This document shows, one piece after another, positions 16,873-24,905 of a stretch of DNA of 58,592 nt. The translations under genes were made by a program, and so were the position numbers. The notes beneath the pieces are model-generated. The model worked only from the letters and a program-made list of their open reading frames with translations, was not told the origin of the DNA and made no database searches. The stretch comes from Candidatus Bipolaricaulota bacterium (GTDB taxonomy: Bacteria; Bipolaricaulota; Bipolaricaulia; RBG-16-55-9), in the NCBI GenBank assembly GCA_026982655.1, contig JALSGO010000100.1:1-58592 (forward strand). The letters run 5' to 3'. Positions within the stretch are counted from its first letter, which is position 1, and every line of letters starts with the position of its first letter.

Positions 16873-17779
16873 ACCGAGCGTGCTGGAGAAGGCACCCGCG
16901 TTTGGGGAGGGTGGGGGGACGCCGGTCGAGCCCCCTGTGGAAAGCCTGTGGCGGCTCACCTGGCGCCGCTTCCTGCGTCACCGCGTGGCCTTGGCGGGGC
17001 TGGCGGTGTTGACCCTCTTGCTGCTGAGCGCCCTCTTCGCCCCTTGGATCGTGCCCTATGACCCGAACGCCATCGACTTGAAAGCCCGATATCAACCGCC
17101 GAGCTGGGCTCACCCCATGGGCACGGATGACCTGGGACGCGATCTGCTCTCCCGGGTGATCTACGGAGGACGGATCTCGCTGAGCATCGGAATCCTCTCC
17201 GCGCTCGTCTCCGTGCTCTTCGGCACCCTCATCGGAGCGCTCGCCGGCTTCTTCGGGCGGATGGTGGACGGGGTCCTCATGCGCTTTACGGATCTTATGC
17301 TCACCTTTCCGCCCCTGCTGCTGCTTATCCTGCTGGCTTCGCTGTTCGGCACGAGCTTCCTCACCATCGTCTTGGTCATCAGCTCCGTGAGCTGGATGAA
17401 CGTGGCCCGCTTGGTGCGGGCTTCGTTCCTCTCGCTGAAGGAACAGGACTTCGTCGAGGCCGCCCGGGCGTTGGGGGCCGGACCGCTGCGCCTGATGGTC
17501 CGTCACATCCTGCCGAACGCCCTGAGCCCCATCATCGTAGCCGCGACCCTGGGCGCCGCCGCGGCGATCCTCACGGAGTCGACCCTCTCGTTCCTGGGGT
17601 TGGGGATTCAGCCCCCCACCTCCTCGTGGGGGACGATGTTGCAGACGGCCCAGTCCCAGATCTCCACCGCCCCCTGGATGAGCCTCTTCCCGGGGTTGAT
17701 GATCTTCCTCACGGTGCTGAGCATCAACTTCGTGGGCGACGGACTGCGCGACGCTCTGGACCCGCGCAAGGTCCTCTAG
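16865..17779 (+). CDS. ABC transporter permease (DppC/OppC-like)
   Basis: ATG 16865 overlaps the upstream stop by 8 nt. HPMGTDDLGRDLLSRVIYGGRISL and EAARALGAGPLRLMVRHILPNA blocks. Confidence 0.9.
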   Translation: MAEPSVLEKAPAFGEGGGTPVEPPVESLWRLTWRRFLRHRVALAGLAVLTLLLLSALFAPWIVPYDPNAIDLKARYQPPSWAHPMGTDDLGRDLLSRVIYGGRISLSIGILSALVSVLFGTLIGALAGFFGRMVDGVLMRFTDLMLTFPPLLLLILLASLFGTSFLTIVLVISSVSWMNVARLVRASFLSLKEQDFVEAARALGAGPLRLMVRHILPNALSPIIVAATLGAAAAILTESTLSFLGLGIQPPTSSWGTMLQTAQSQISTAPWMSLFPGLMIFLTVLSINFVGDGLRDALDPRKVL

Positions 17780-17912
17780 TCCCGGGTCTCCTCCGCTCCT
17801 CCTCCGCGGCCCGACCCGGCAGGCCCGGGCGGGCAACGCCTCCCCTCCTCCCCCTACCAGCTTGCGGCTTCTCTAGGGAACCGGGAGGTGGCAGGAGCGC
17901 GGAGCAAGGCGT

Positions 17913-18545
17913 ATGATAGAGGAGATGATGTCCCCACGGGTGCGGGCTGCCATGGCACAAGAGACAACGGCACGGCGGAAGGGCGTGGAGTTCGTTCCTT
18001 CCAGCGGCAGGACGATGCCCCGCCCGAGGAAGTACGTCCTCCTGGGAGGACTGGCGGGGCTGGGGTTCCTTCCGGTCTTCGGGATCCCCACAGCCCTCCT
18101 CCCCACACCGTATTTCGTGCGCATGGTCCCTACAACCGTTTGGGACTACTTCGTCTGGGGGGGTACGTCCCTGCTCCTCGGGGCCTGGGTAGCCCTGCGG
18201 CTCTATGGAAGGGCCGCCCGAGCTGCCCGAGCTCTCCCCCCGTCCCCGCAGGCTCAGGGGGAAGGGATGACGATCGGAGGAGCTCTAGGCAGCGTGCTGG
18301 CGTTCGGATGCCCGATCTGCAACAAGGTCTTGGTGGCCTTGTTGGGGGCATCGGCCGTGCTCGCGTATGTAGACCCCTATCGCCCGGCCGTGGGTGCGAT
18401 CTCCCTAGCGGTGCTGAGTCTGGCCGTGCTCCTCCAGGTCCGGGACCTCCGTCGTCCCTTCTCTTCCGATCCGTGCCCCGGGTGTTCGGGTCGGAGGGGG
18501 GAAGCGGTCACCCATCCGACGAATCCGAGGAACGTTACCGAGTAA
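17913..18545 (+). CDS. four-TM membrane protein with an intramembrane CPIC motif and a C-terminal CPGC motif
   Basis: Four hydrophobic segments. CPIC is encoded at 18309-18320 inside FGCPICNKVLVALLG, and the tail carries DPCPGCSG. The start is ambiguous (ATG 17913, 17925, 17928, 17952 or 18015). I recognise no family name. Confidence 0.55.
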   Translation: MIEEMMSPRVRAAMAQETTARRKGVEFVPSSGRTMPRPRKYVLLGGLAGLGFLPVFGIPTALLPTPYFVRMVPTTVWDYFVWGGTSLLLGAWVALRLYGRAARAARALPPSPQAQGEGMTIGGALGSVLAFGCPICNKVLVALLGASAVLAYVDPYRPAVGAISLAVLSLAVLLQVRDLRRPFSSDPCPGCSGRRGEAVTHPTNPRNVTE

Positions 18546-18615
18546 AAAGGGAGAGAAGCGGAAACGAACCGGGAACTACGAAGGCCCAAGAGAAGGGAGG
18601 AGAAGAGGGAACGCG

Positions 18616-19134
18616 ATGGCAAAGATCCGCTGTCCACACTGCAAGCACACGTTCTCGTCGCAGGACGCGCTGCGCCAGCACCTCCGGGCGAAGCACCCGG
18701 AGAGCTGGCGTCTTCGACAGCTGAAGGTATACGGCGGGGGAGGGCTGCTGGCCGTGGGGCTCGTGGCCCTTCTCGTGACGTACTTCTCCGGACGCGGCAT
18801 CCTACCGCCGACCTCGTTTGCCGGTCCCCATGTAGAGACTTGGCCGGAACAGCGCATCTCGGAGGTCCCCATCCCCATTCCCCAGCAGAAGCACATCATC
18901 GAACACGTTCCGGGCGGGCGTCCTGGGGTGCTCTTGCAGTACAACTGCGAAAAGTTCGAATGCGAGCCGGACTTGGTGGAGAAGTTGGCTCAGATCGCGC
19001 TGCAGTACCCCTATGTGTACATGGCCCCGTACCCGAACATGGACGGCAAGATCGTGCTCTCCGCGCTCAACGCCCAACTCGTCCTCGACGAGTTTGACGA
19101 GGAGAAGATCGTAGAGTTCATCGAGAGGCGCTGA
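18616..19134 (+). CDS. C2H2 zinc finger - TM helix - DUF3105 domain fusion protein
   Basis: ATG 18616. The N-terminus CPHCKHTFSSQDALRQHLRAKH (18631-18696) fits C-x2-C-x3-F-x5-L-x2-H-x4-H. TM helix GGGLLAVGLVALLVTYF. DUF3105 blocks PPTSFAGPH, HIIEH, YVYMAPYPNMDGKIVLSA, and a CEKFEC pair. Confidence 0.8.
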   Translation: MAKIRCPHCKHTFSSQDALRQHLRAKHPESWRLRQLKVYGGGGLLAVGLVALLVTYFSGRGILPPTSFAGPHVETWPEQRISEVPIPIPQQKHIIEHVPGGRPGVLLQYNCEKFECEPDLVEKLAQIALQYPYVYMAPYPNMDGKIVLSALNAQLVLDEFDEEKIVEFIERR

Positions 19135-19158
19135 CGGGGACAGGGGAACGACGCGACC

Positions 19159-19920
19159 ATGAACGTGAACGTGAACCTCGAGCTGTTGCCCTTCTCGTTC
19201 GTGGCGGGCGTGTTCACCTTCTTCAGCCCCTGTTTTGGCGCGATGCTCCCCACCTATGCGTCCCTCTACCTGGCCCGACAGGAGAGCGACTCCTCGGGGT
19301 GGCTCCGTCGCGGCTTGCACGGCCTCAAGCTGGGAGGACTCATCAGCGCGGGGATGCTCACCAGCTTGGGGATTCTCGGGGTGCTCTTCGCCTTCATCGG
19401 CAGCGCCATCGGGAAATACCTCCCGTGGGTGGCGGTCCTGGTCGGACTGGGCATCCTGGTGGCAGGGGTCGTCTTGGTGGTGCGCCCGGAGTTCTCCCCC
19501 TCGCTCAGCGGGGTGGTGGAGCGTTGGATCCCCCTGCGGGCTCGGACGGGCGCGGGCACGGGCACGAGCACGACGGCCGGCGCGTACGGCTTGGGAGCGT
19601 TTTACCTCTACGGGCTTGTCTACGCAGTCTGCGCCGCGGCCTGCACGCTGCCGATCTTCCTCTCCGTGATGATGCAGACCTTCCTGGGAGGGCCGCTCAA
19701 CGGCCTGGTGCACTTCGCTGCGTACGGGTGGGGCATGTCGGTGATGATGCTCGGGTTCGGCGTGCTCCTGGCGTACGCCAAGGGGGCCGTCCAGAGAGTT
19801 TTCTACTCTATGGGCATGCGGATTCGGCGGCTTGGCGGGGTCTTCATGATCCTCGCAGGAGGGTTTGTGTTATACTACCTGCTCATCTACGGACGGTACA
19901 TCGATGACCTGCTGCGATGA
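19159..19920 (+). CDS. ccdA: CcdA/DsbD-family thiol-disulfide electron transporter (cytochrome c biogenesis protein CcdA-like)
   Basis: Polytopic membrane protein with the two signature cysteines, FFSPCFGAMLP and VCAAACTLPIF. Confidence 0.8.
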   Translation: MNVNVNLELLPFSFVAGVFTFFSPCFGAMLPTYASLYLARQESDSSGWLRRGLHGLKLGGLISAGMLTSLGILGVLFAFIGSAIGKYLPWVAVLVGLGILVAGVVLVVRPEFSPSLSGVVERWIPLRARTGAGTGTSTTAGAYGLGAFYLYGLVYAVCAAACTLPIFLSVMMQTFLGGPLNGLVHFAAYGWGMSVMMLGFGVLLAYAKGAVQRVFYSMGMRIRRLGGVFMILAGGFVLYYLLIYGRYIDDLLR

Positions 19921-20043
19921 GCCTCCGCCTCCCTCGCCCTCGACCCCAAAGAGGAGCGGAGGAGGCGGCGGGACGAAGACCGTAAGGGACGGATAGCAGA
20001 GCACGCAACCACCCAATGGCAAGGGAGGGGGAAGCAGAGAACC

Positions 20044-20736
20044 ATGCTCCGAAAGATGCTGATCGTCTCAGTTGCCCTGCTGGGAATGGGCATCACCGGA
20101 CTGGTCACCTACTCGTATTTCTTCATGCAGCGATCGCCGGAAGGGCTGGCCGAGCTGCGGCAACGGGCGGAGCAGACGGCCCTCGATCGAGGCCGGATGA
20201 TCATCACCTTCAGCCGAGGGCAGTTTATCGACAAGGACGCAGAGGTCAATCCGGAGATCACCGCACCCTTCCCCGGGTATCGCGCGCCGGACTTCGCCTT
20301 CCCGGACCTGGACGGGAAGATTTGGCAGCTGAGCGCGCTGCGGGGCAAGCCGGTGTTGCTGAACTTCTGGGCTACCTGGTGTCCCCCCTGCCGCAAGGAG
20401 ATTCCGGACCTCCAAGCGTTCCATGAGCAATACGGTGACCGGATCGTGCTGCTAGGGATCAACTGGGCCGAGGAGCCGGAGGACGTACGGGCCTTCATGG
20501 AGCGCTACGGGGCCACGTACACCACCCTCCTCGACGAGGACGGGAAGTTCTTCGTACGGTACCGCCTAACAGGCCTTCCGACGTCTTATTGGATCGACGA
20601 AGAGGGGATCATCCGCGGAATGTGGCTGGGGGCCATGGACTTGGAGGACATGGTGGAAGGGTTCCGCAAGACGACGCGGGCTCTCGACGCGGACGCGGAC
20701 GGATCGGAAAACGACGCATCCGCAGAGAGCCCCTAG
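20044..20736 (+). CDS. membrane-anchored TlpA/ResA-family thiol:disulfide oxidoreductase
   Basis: N-terminal anchor MLIVSVALLGMGITGLV. Thioredoxin fold with KPVLLNFWATWCPPCRKE (WCPPC at 20377-20391). Confidence 0.9.
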   Translation: MLRKMLIVSVALLGMGITGLVTYSYFFMQRSPEGLAELRQRAEQTALDRGRMIITFSRGQFIDKDAEVNPEITAPFPGYRAPDFAFPDLDGKIWQLSALRGKPVLLNFWATWCPPCRKEIPDLQAFHEQYGDRIVLLGINWAEEPEDVRAFMERYGATYTTLLDEDGKFFVRYRLTGLPTSYWIDEEGIIRGMWLGAMDLEDMVEGFRKTTRALDADADGSENDASAESP

Positions 20737-20805
20737 GGGCCGCGGACGGACACGGGTAAGAAATCCCCCAAGAGAAGGAAGGGAAGAAAACGGGGAGGGG
20801 AGACG

Positions 20806-22848
20806 ATGACCGAGCGAGGAAGGATCGGCGTAGGAGTCGGGTGGATCTGGGCTGCGCTGTTGGGCCTTCTCGCCCCGACAGCAGGGGCCACAAGCTACGT
20901 CCCCATGGCGGATCGGGACCTCGCCGAAGGCGCCTCTCTCCTCATCGTCGGACAGGTGTTGGAAACCCGTCCTTCCGTCGCCGCCGATCGGGTATACACC
21001 GACTACCTCGTTCGCGTAGAAGAGGTCCTCCAGGGCGGCAGGGAGCAGCCCCTGCAGACCGTGGTCGTGCGGGTCCTCGGGGGCGAAGGTCCCGACGGGC
21101 TGTCCTTGAAGATCTGGGGCGCCCCACGCTTCCGGCCTTCGCAACGGGTGATCCTCTTCCTGAACCCCCATCCGGACGGGACGTTCCGGATTTACCAGTT
21201 CTTTCTGGGGGCCTTCGTGGAGATCACCGTGGGCGGCCGCCGAATCGCCTTCCGAGACCTAGCGGACGTCCACGCCGTCTCCCCGCCGGGGTGGGGCGTG
21301 CCTCCCGAGCCGGCGACGCGGGTGCGCGACTTCGAGGGGTTCGTCCGCTGGCTCCGAGACCGCGCGGCGGGAAGGGAGCGCGAGCCGGACTACTTCCTCT
21401 CTTTGAGCGCGAGCGACCTGATCTCCGTACGGGCCCAGTTCACCCTCTTCGAGGTACAGGGGCTGAACTTGCGGTGGTTCGAGTTCGACTCCGGGGGGAG
21501 CGTGGACTGGTACGCCCACCAGGACGGTCAGTCCGGACTGGCAAGCGGCGGCTTCCCGGAGTTCCAAAACGCACTGGCCGCCTGGAATAACGAACCCGCT
21601 ACTCCCATCAACTACGTCTACCAGGGGACGACCGCCTCCACCGGCGGTTTCACCGCAAGGGACAACCTCAACGCCATCCTCTTCGACGATCCCAACGACG
21701 AGATCGACGGCAGCTTCGACTGCGCGACCGGAGGGGTCTTGGCCGTCGGAGGGCCCTGGTACCAAGGGCAGGCGACCTTTCAGGGGGAGACCTACTGGGT
21801 CATCGTCGAGGGGGACATCATCACCCAAGACGGGGTTTCCTGCTTTTTCCAAAACAGCTCGACTCCAAGCAAGGCGGCCGAGGAGCTCTTCGGTCACGAG
21901 CTCGGACACACCCTAGGGATCGACCACTCCTGTGACGACGACCCGAGCACTCCCCCTCCCCCCTGCAGCAGCGACCCCGTTCTCGACGATGCCCTCATGC
22001 GGGCCTACGTCCACAACGACGGACGAGGAGCCCAGCTCAACAGCGACGACCAAGCCGCTGCCCGCGCCCTCTACGAACAGCCGGGCAACCCCGATCCCAC
22101 CGCCGCGGTCTTCACCGTGGCCAACGACGGGACCGTGCGCTCCGATCGGGCCTACTTCTGCGGCCTCTCTCAAGGGTGCTTCAACGCGGGTCTGGGAGCG
22201 GACTTGGCAGAGCGCATCGACGTAGTCGAGCCCGTCGAACCCGGAGACGTCGTGGAGATCGACCCGGATAACCCGAAACGCTATCGCAAAGCCCGTAGAG
22301 CGTACAGCGACTTGGTGGCTGGGGTAATCGCCACCCAGCCGGGGATCACCTTGGCCAACCGACCGGACGAACGGCAACAAGTCCCACGCTACCTAAGGGC
22401 ACTCCTCGCGCTGCGGGAGGCCGGCGTTCCCCCGCTCCTGCAGGCCCTGCTGACTCCCCTTCCCCGGGCGCTCGAAGGGGCCACGGCGGTATGGCTAGAA
22501 GCGACCGCACACCCGACCCCTTTCGTCAACTCCCTCAAGAGCAAGAGGGGGATGGGGGCGAGCCTGGCCGACTTGGAGGAGCAGCGCCGCTGGCAGGTCG
22601 TTTGGGAACGGGCGACGGCGAAGCTCCCCGGGAGGCCTCTGATGGCGCTCATGGGGCGGGTCTACGTGAAGGCCACCGCGGCGAACGGCCCCATCCGCCC
22701 CGGGGATCTCCTCACCACGGCCGAGGAGCCCGGGTACGCCATGCGCTGTCCTCGGGCGGAGCTCTGCGAGGGGGCGATCGTGGGCAAGGCCCTCGAGCCC
22801 CTCCCCCGGGGAGAGGGGCTCATCCTGGTGCTGGTCACGGCCAAGTGA
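20806..22848 (+). CDS. secreted metzincin-type zinc metalloprotease carrying the shared C-terminal module
   Basis: Signal peptide GWIWAALLGLLAPTAGA. HELGHTLGIDH at 21895-21927 is followed by a Met-turn candidate DDALMRAY. The last ~249 aa form the module shared with 4533-6776 and 53493-56195. Confidence 0.8.
   Translation: MTERGRIGVGVGWIWAALLGLLAPTAGATSYVPMADRDLAEGASLLIVGQVLETRPSVAADRVYTDYLVRVEEVLQGGREQPLQTVVVRVLGGEGPDGLSLKIWGAPRFRPSQRVILFLNPHPDGTFRIYQFFLGAFVEITVGGRRIAFRDLADVHAVSPPGWGVPPEPATRVRDFEGFVRWLRDRAAGREREPDYFLSLSASDLISVRAQFTLFEVQGLNLRWFEFDSGGSVDWYAHQDGQSGLASGGFPEFQNALAAWNNEPATPINYVYQGTTASTGGFTARDNLNAILFDDPNDEIDGSFDCATGGVLAVGGPWYQGQATFQGETYWVIVEGDIITQDGVSCFFQNSSTPSKAAEELFGHELGHTLGIDHSCDDDPSTPPPPCSSDPVLDDALMRAYVHNDGRGAQLNSDDQAAARALYEQPGNPDPTAAVFTVANDGTVRSDRAYFCGLSQGCFNAGLGADLAERIDVVEPVEPGDVVEIDPDNPKRYRKARRAYSDLVAGVIATQPGITLANRPDERQQVPRYLRALLALREAGVPPLLQALLTPLPRALEGATAVWLEATAHPTPFVNSLKSKRGMGASLADLEEQRRWQVVWERATAKLPGRPLMALMGRVYVKATAANGPIRPGDLLTTAEEPGYAMRCPRAELCEGAIVGKALEPLPRGEGLILVLVTAK
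22123..22190 (+). repeat. 68-nt segment identical to 55482-55549
   Basis: aacgacgggaccgtgcgctccgatcgggcctacttctgcggcctctctcaagggtgcttcaacgcggg is identical in both genes. The next base differs (t versus c). Confidence 0.95.
22643..22751 (+). repeat. 109-nt segment identical to 6574-6682
   Basis: See the 6574-6682 feature; this is the second copy of that segment. Confidence 0.95.
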
Positions 22849-22924
22849 CGAAGCCTTCCATGTGAAACAGACCACACCACAGCCCTCGACTTCGACCGCC
22901 GGCCGGGCTGCACTTCGAAGCCCT

Positions 22925-24172
22925 CTAGGGCCTTCCGTGCTGTATCTGTAGGGGGCGGAGTCGGGTGCCCGCCCGCGTGAGGCCCACCGTCAGGCCGAAG
23001 GCCCCCAGCGTGGCGGCGCTCAAGGCCCGCTCGATGCCCCAAGCATCTCCCAAAGCCCCCACCGCGGTGACCATCAAGCCGCTCACCCCCCAAGCGACCC
23101 CCATCACCAGGGCCGAAGCCGTACCCGCGTTCCGGGGCAATAGCTCTTGGGCATGGGCTACGATCACGGGGTTCGAAGCGCTCAGCAGTCCACCGCCCAG
23201 GAGCAGCAGCGTCAGCGACGGCCATCCCGAGGTGAGGAGGAACCCGAGCATCGCCAAGAAGCCCGTCCATAGGGTGACGACGGTGACGGGCCAGCGGCCG
23301 AAGCGATCGGAGAGGAACCCACCCAAGAGTCCCGAGGGGACGCTCACGAAGAGAAACCCCACCAACGAGAGGCTTCCGGCCAAATAGTCAAATCCCCGCC
23401 CCTGCAACAGGATGACCAAGAACGTGAGGAACGAGAGCAGGACGGTGTGGCGCAGGACGACCAGTCCCCACAGCAGGGCCAGGGCCGCCCGACCCTGCCC
23501 CTGCCCCTGCGCCTGCGGTGGAGCCTCCGCACCGGCGGCAGCAGAGGCCGCAGGGGAAGGAAGCGATGAGGCGGCGGGGACGGCCACGGCCCGAAGGAGA
23601 CGGGCGAGCAGCGCGCCCAACGCGACCAGGGGGAGGAGGGCCCAGGGACTGGCCTCCAGCGAGAAGCGGTCCAGCCACAGGGCCATCAGTGCCGGCCCCA
23701 AGGAGAAGCCGAGCATCCCGGCGCTGATGAACAGCGACACATACAGCCCCTTGCGGCCCGCAAAGATCCTTCCCGAGAGGGCCGTCGCCTGGGGATGGAA
23801 CATCGCCGTCCCCAAGGCCGCCAGCACGAGCGCCCCCAGCACCCAGCCGTAGCCCGGAAGGACCCCAATGACACTCATGAACCCTCCAGTGAGGAGAGGC
23901 CCCCATAGGACGAAGTTCCACCGGGGCATGCGGTCTGCCAGCAAGCCGAACCCCAACTGGGAGAACGAGGCCGTGACCGTAAAGACGGTCGAGAGTACGG
24001 CCACGAGCGTGAGGTTCAACCCCAACGTCTCGCGCAGCAGCGGGAGATACACGGGCAGGAAGTTCGCGTACAGGTCGTTGGTGAAGTGGGCAACCATTAA
24101 GCCCACTAAGAGCCCTGCGCTCGGGCTCGGCACCGCCTGCATCTCGGGGTGGGAGGTCGAAGTCGTAGCCAA
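22925..24172 (-). CDS. MFS transporter
   Basis: 12-TM-like hydrophobic pattern with LGFGLLADRMPRW (the MFS loop 2-3 motif region). The start is uncertain (TTG 24172 or ATG 24142). Confidence 0.85.
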   Translation of the reverse strand: MATTSTSHPEMQAVPSPSAGLLVGLMVAHFTNDLYANFLPVYLPLLRETLGLNLTLVAVLSTVFTVTASFSQLGFGLLADRMPRWNFVLWGPLLTGGFMSVIGVLPGYGWVLGALVLAALGTAMFHPQATALSGRIFAGRKGLYVSLFISAGMLGFSLGPALMALWLDRFSLEASPWALLPLVALGALLARLLRAVAVPAASSLPSPAASAAAGAEAPPQAQGQGQGRAALALLWGLVVLRHTVLLSFLTFLVILLQGRGFDYLAGSLSLVGFLFVSVPSGLLGGFLSDRFGRWPVTVVTLWTGFLAMLGFLLTSGWPSLTLLLLGGGLLSASNPVIVAHAQELLPRNAGTASALVMGVAWGVSGLMVTAVGALGDAWGIERALSAATLGAFGLTVGLTRAGTRLRPLQIQHGRP

Positions 24173-24185
24173 GGCGACTAGGCAA

Positions 24186-24241
24186 CGTAAAACGCAAGAG
24201 GAAGGGGAGACACGGCGATTCGCGCCGGTCGCCCCTTCCTC
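24186..24241 (-). terminator. rho-independent terminator after the cytochrome c gene
   Basis: On the minus strand, gaggaaggggcgac (24241-24228) pairs with gtctccccttcctc (24211-24198) in 13 of 14 positions. The stem is followed by ttgcgttttacg. Confidence 0.55.
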
Positions 24242-24258
24242 GCCTCGCTCGGAGCGGT

Positions 24259-24768
24259 TTACTTCAGGCTCTTGATGTACTCGATGAGGGCTTGGAGGTC
24301 CTCCTCGCTCAGCTGGCTGTACGGCGGCATCACCGGCGGGAACCCTTTAACGATCTTCGCGTTGGGGTCCACAATGGACTCCTTCAGGTAGTCTTCATCA
24401 GCGACCACGGTGCTCCCGTCCTCCAGCTCTCGCTCGGAGCCGAACAGCCCCTTCCAGGTAGGACCGGTGCGGGGACTGCCGTCCACGGAGTGGCATCCCA
24501 AGCACCCGTTGGCCTGCGCCAGTTGCTTACCCCGCTCGATGAGGTCCTCCAACCCCGCGGCGGGCTCCTCCTTCGGTTCGTCCTTCGGCTCCTCCTGAGG
24601 CGGCTGCTGAGGCTCTTCCGGCTTGGGACGCTCCGCAGCAGGCTCCTCCTTTGGGGTCTCCTCTTGCTGCTGTCCGCCTCCGCAGCCGGCCAGCCCTATC
24701 GCTACCCCCCCGAGGAGGACGAAGAATAACAGGCGCAACGACAGACGAGTTCGAGCCGTGCTGTTCAT
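24259..24768 (-). CDS. lipoprotein c-type cytochrome
   Basis: ATG 24768 (MNSTARTRLSLRLLFFVLLGGVAIGLAGC, lipobox LAGC) lies downstream of GGGGGG and a TACAAT -10 element (24808-24803). P/E-rich linker. Haem site NGCLGCHS and a distal Met in VMPPY. Confidence 0.8.
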   Translation of the reverse strand: MNSTARTRLSLRLLFFVLLGGVAIGLAGCGGGQQQEETPKEEPAAERPKPEEPQQPPQEEPKDEPKEEPAAGLEDLIERGKQLAQANGCLGCHSVDGSPRTGPTWKGLFGSERELEDGSTVVADEDYLKESIVDPNAKIVKGFPPVMPPYSQLSEEDLQALIEYIKSLK

Positions 24769-24867
24769 GCTTGCATAACCCCCCCTTTGCAATCGTAGGG
24801 GTATTGTACACCCTCTTCCCCTTGGGATGCCAGCCCGCCCGTCGGCTTCCCGAGCCCGGATGGGGGG

Positions 24868-24896
24868 TTGCGTCCGAGAGCCGGACGATCTATGAT
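24868..24896 (+). promoter_or_regulatory. sigma70-type promoter abutting the SDR gene start
   Basis: TTGCGT (24868-24873), a 17-nt spacer, TATGAT (24891-24896), then 9 nt to ATG 24906. Confidence 0.5.
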
Positions 24897-24905
24897 CCGA
24901 GCGCT

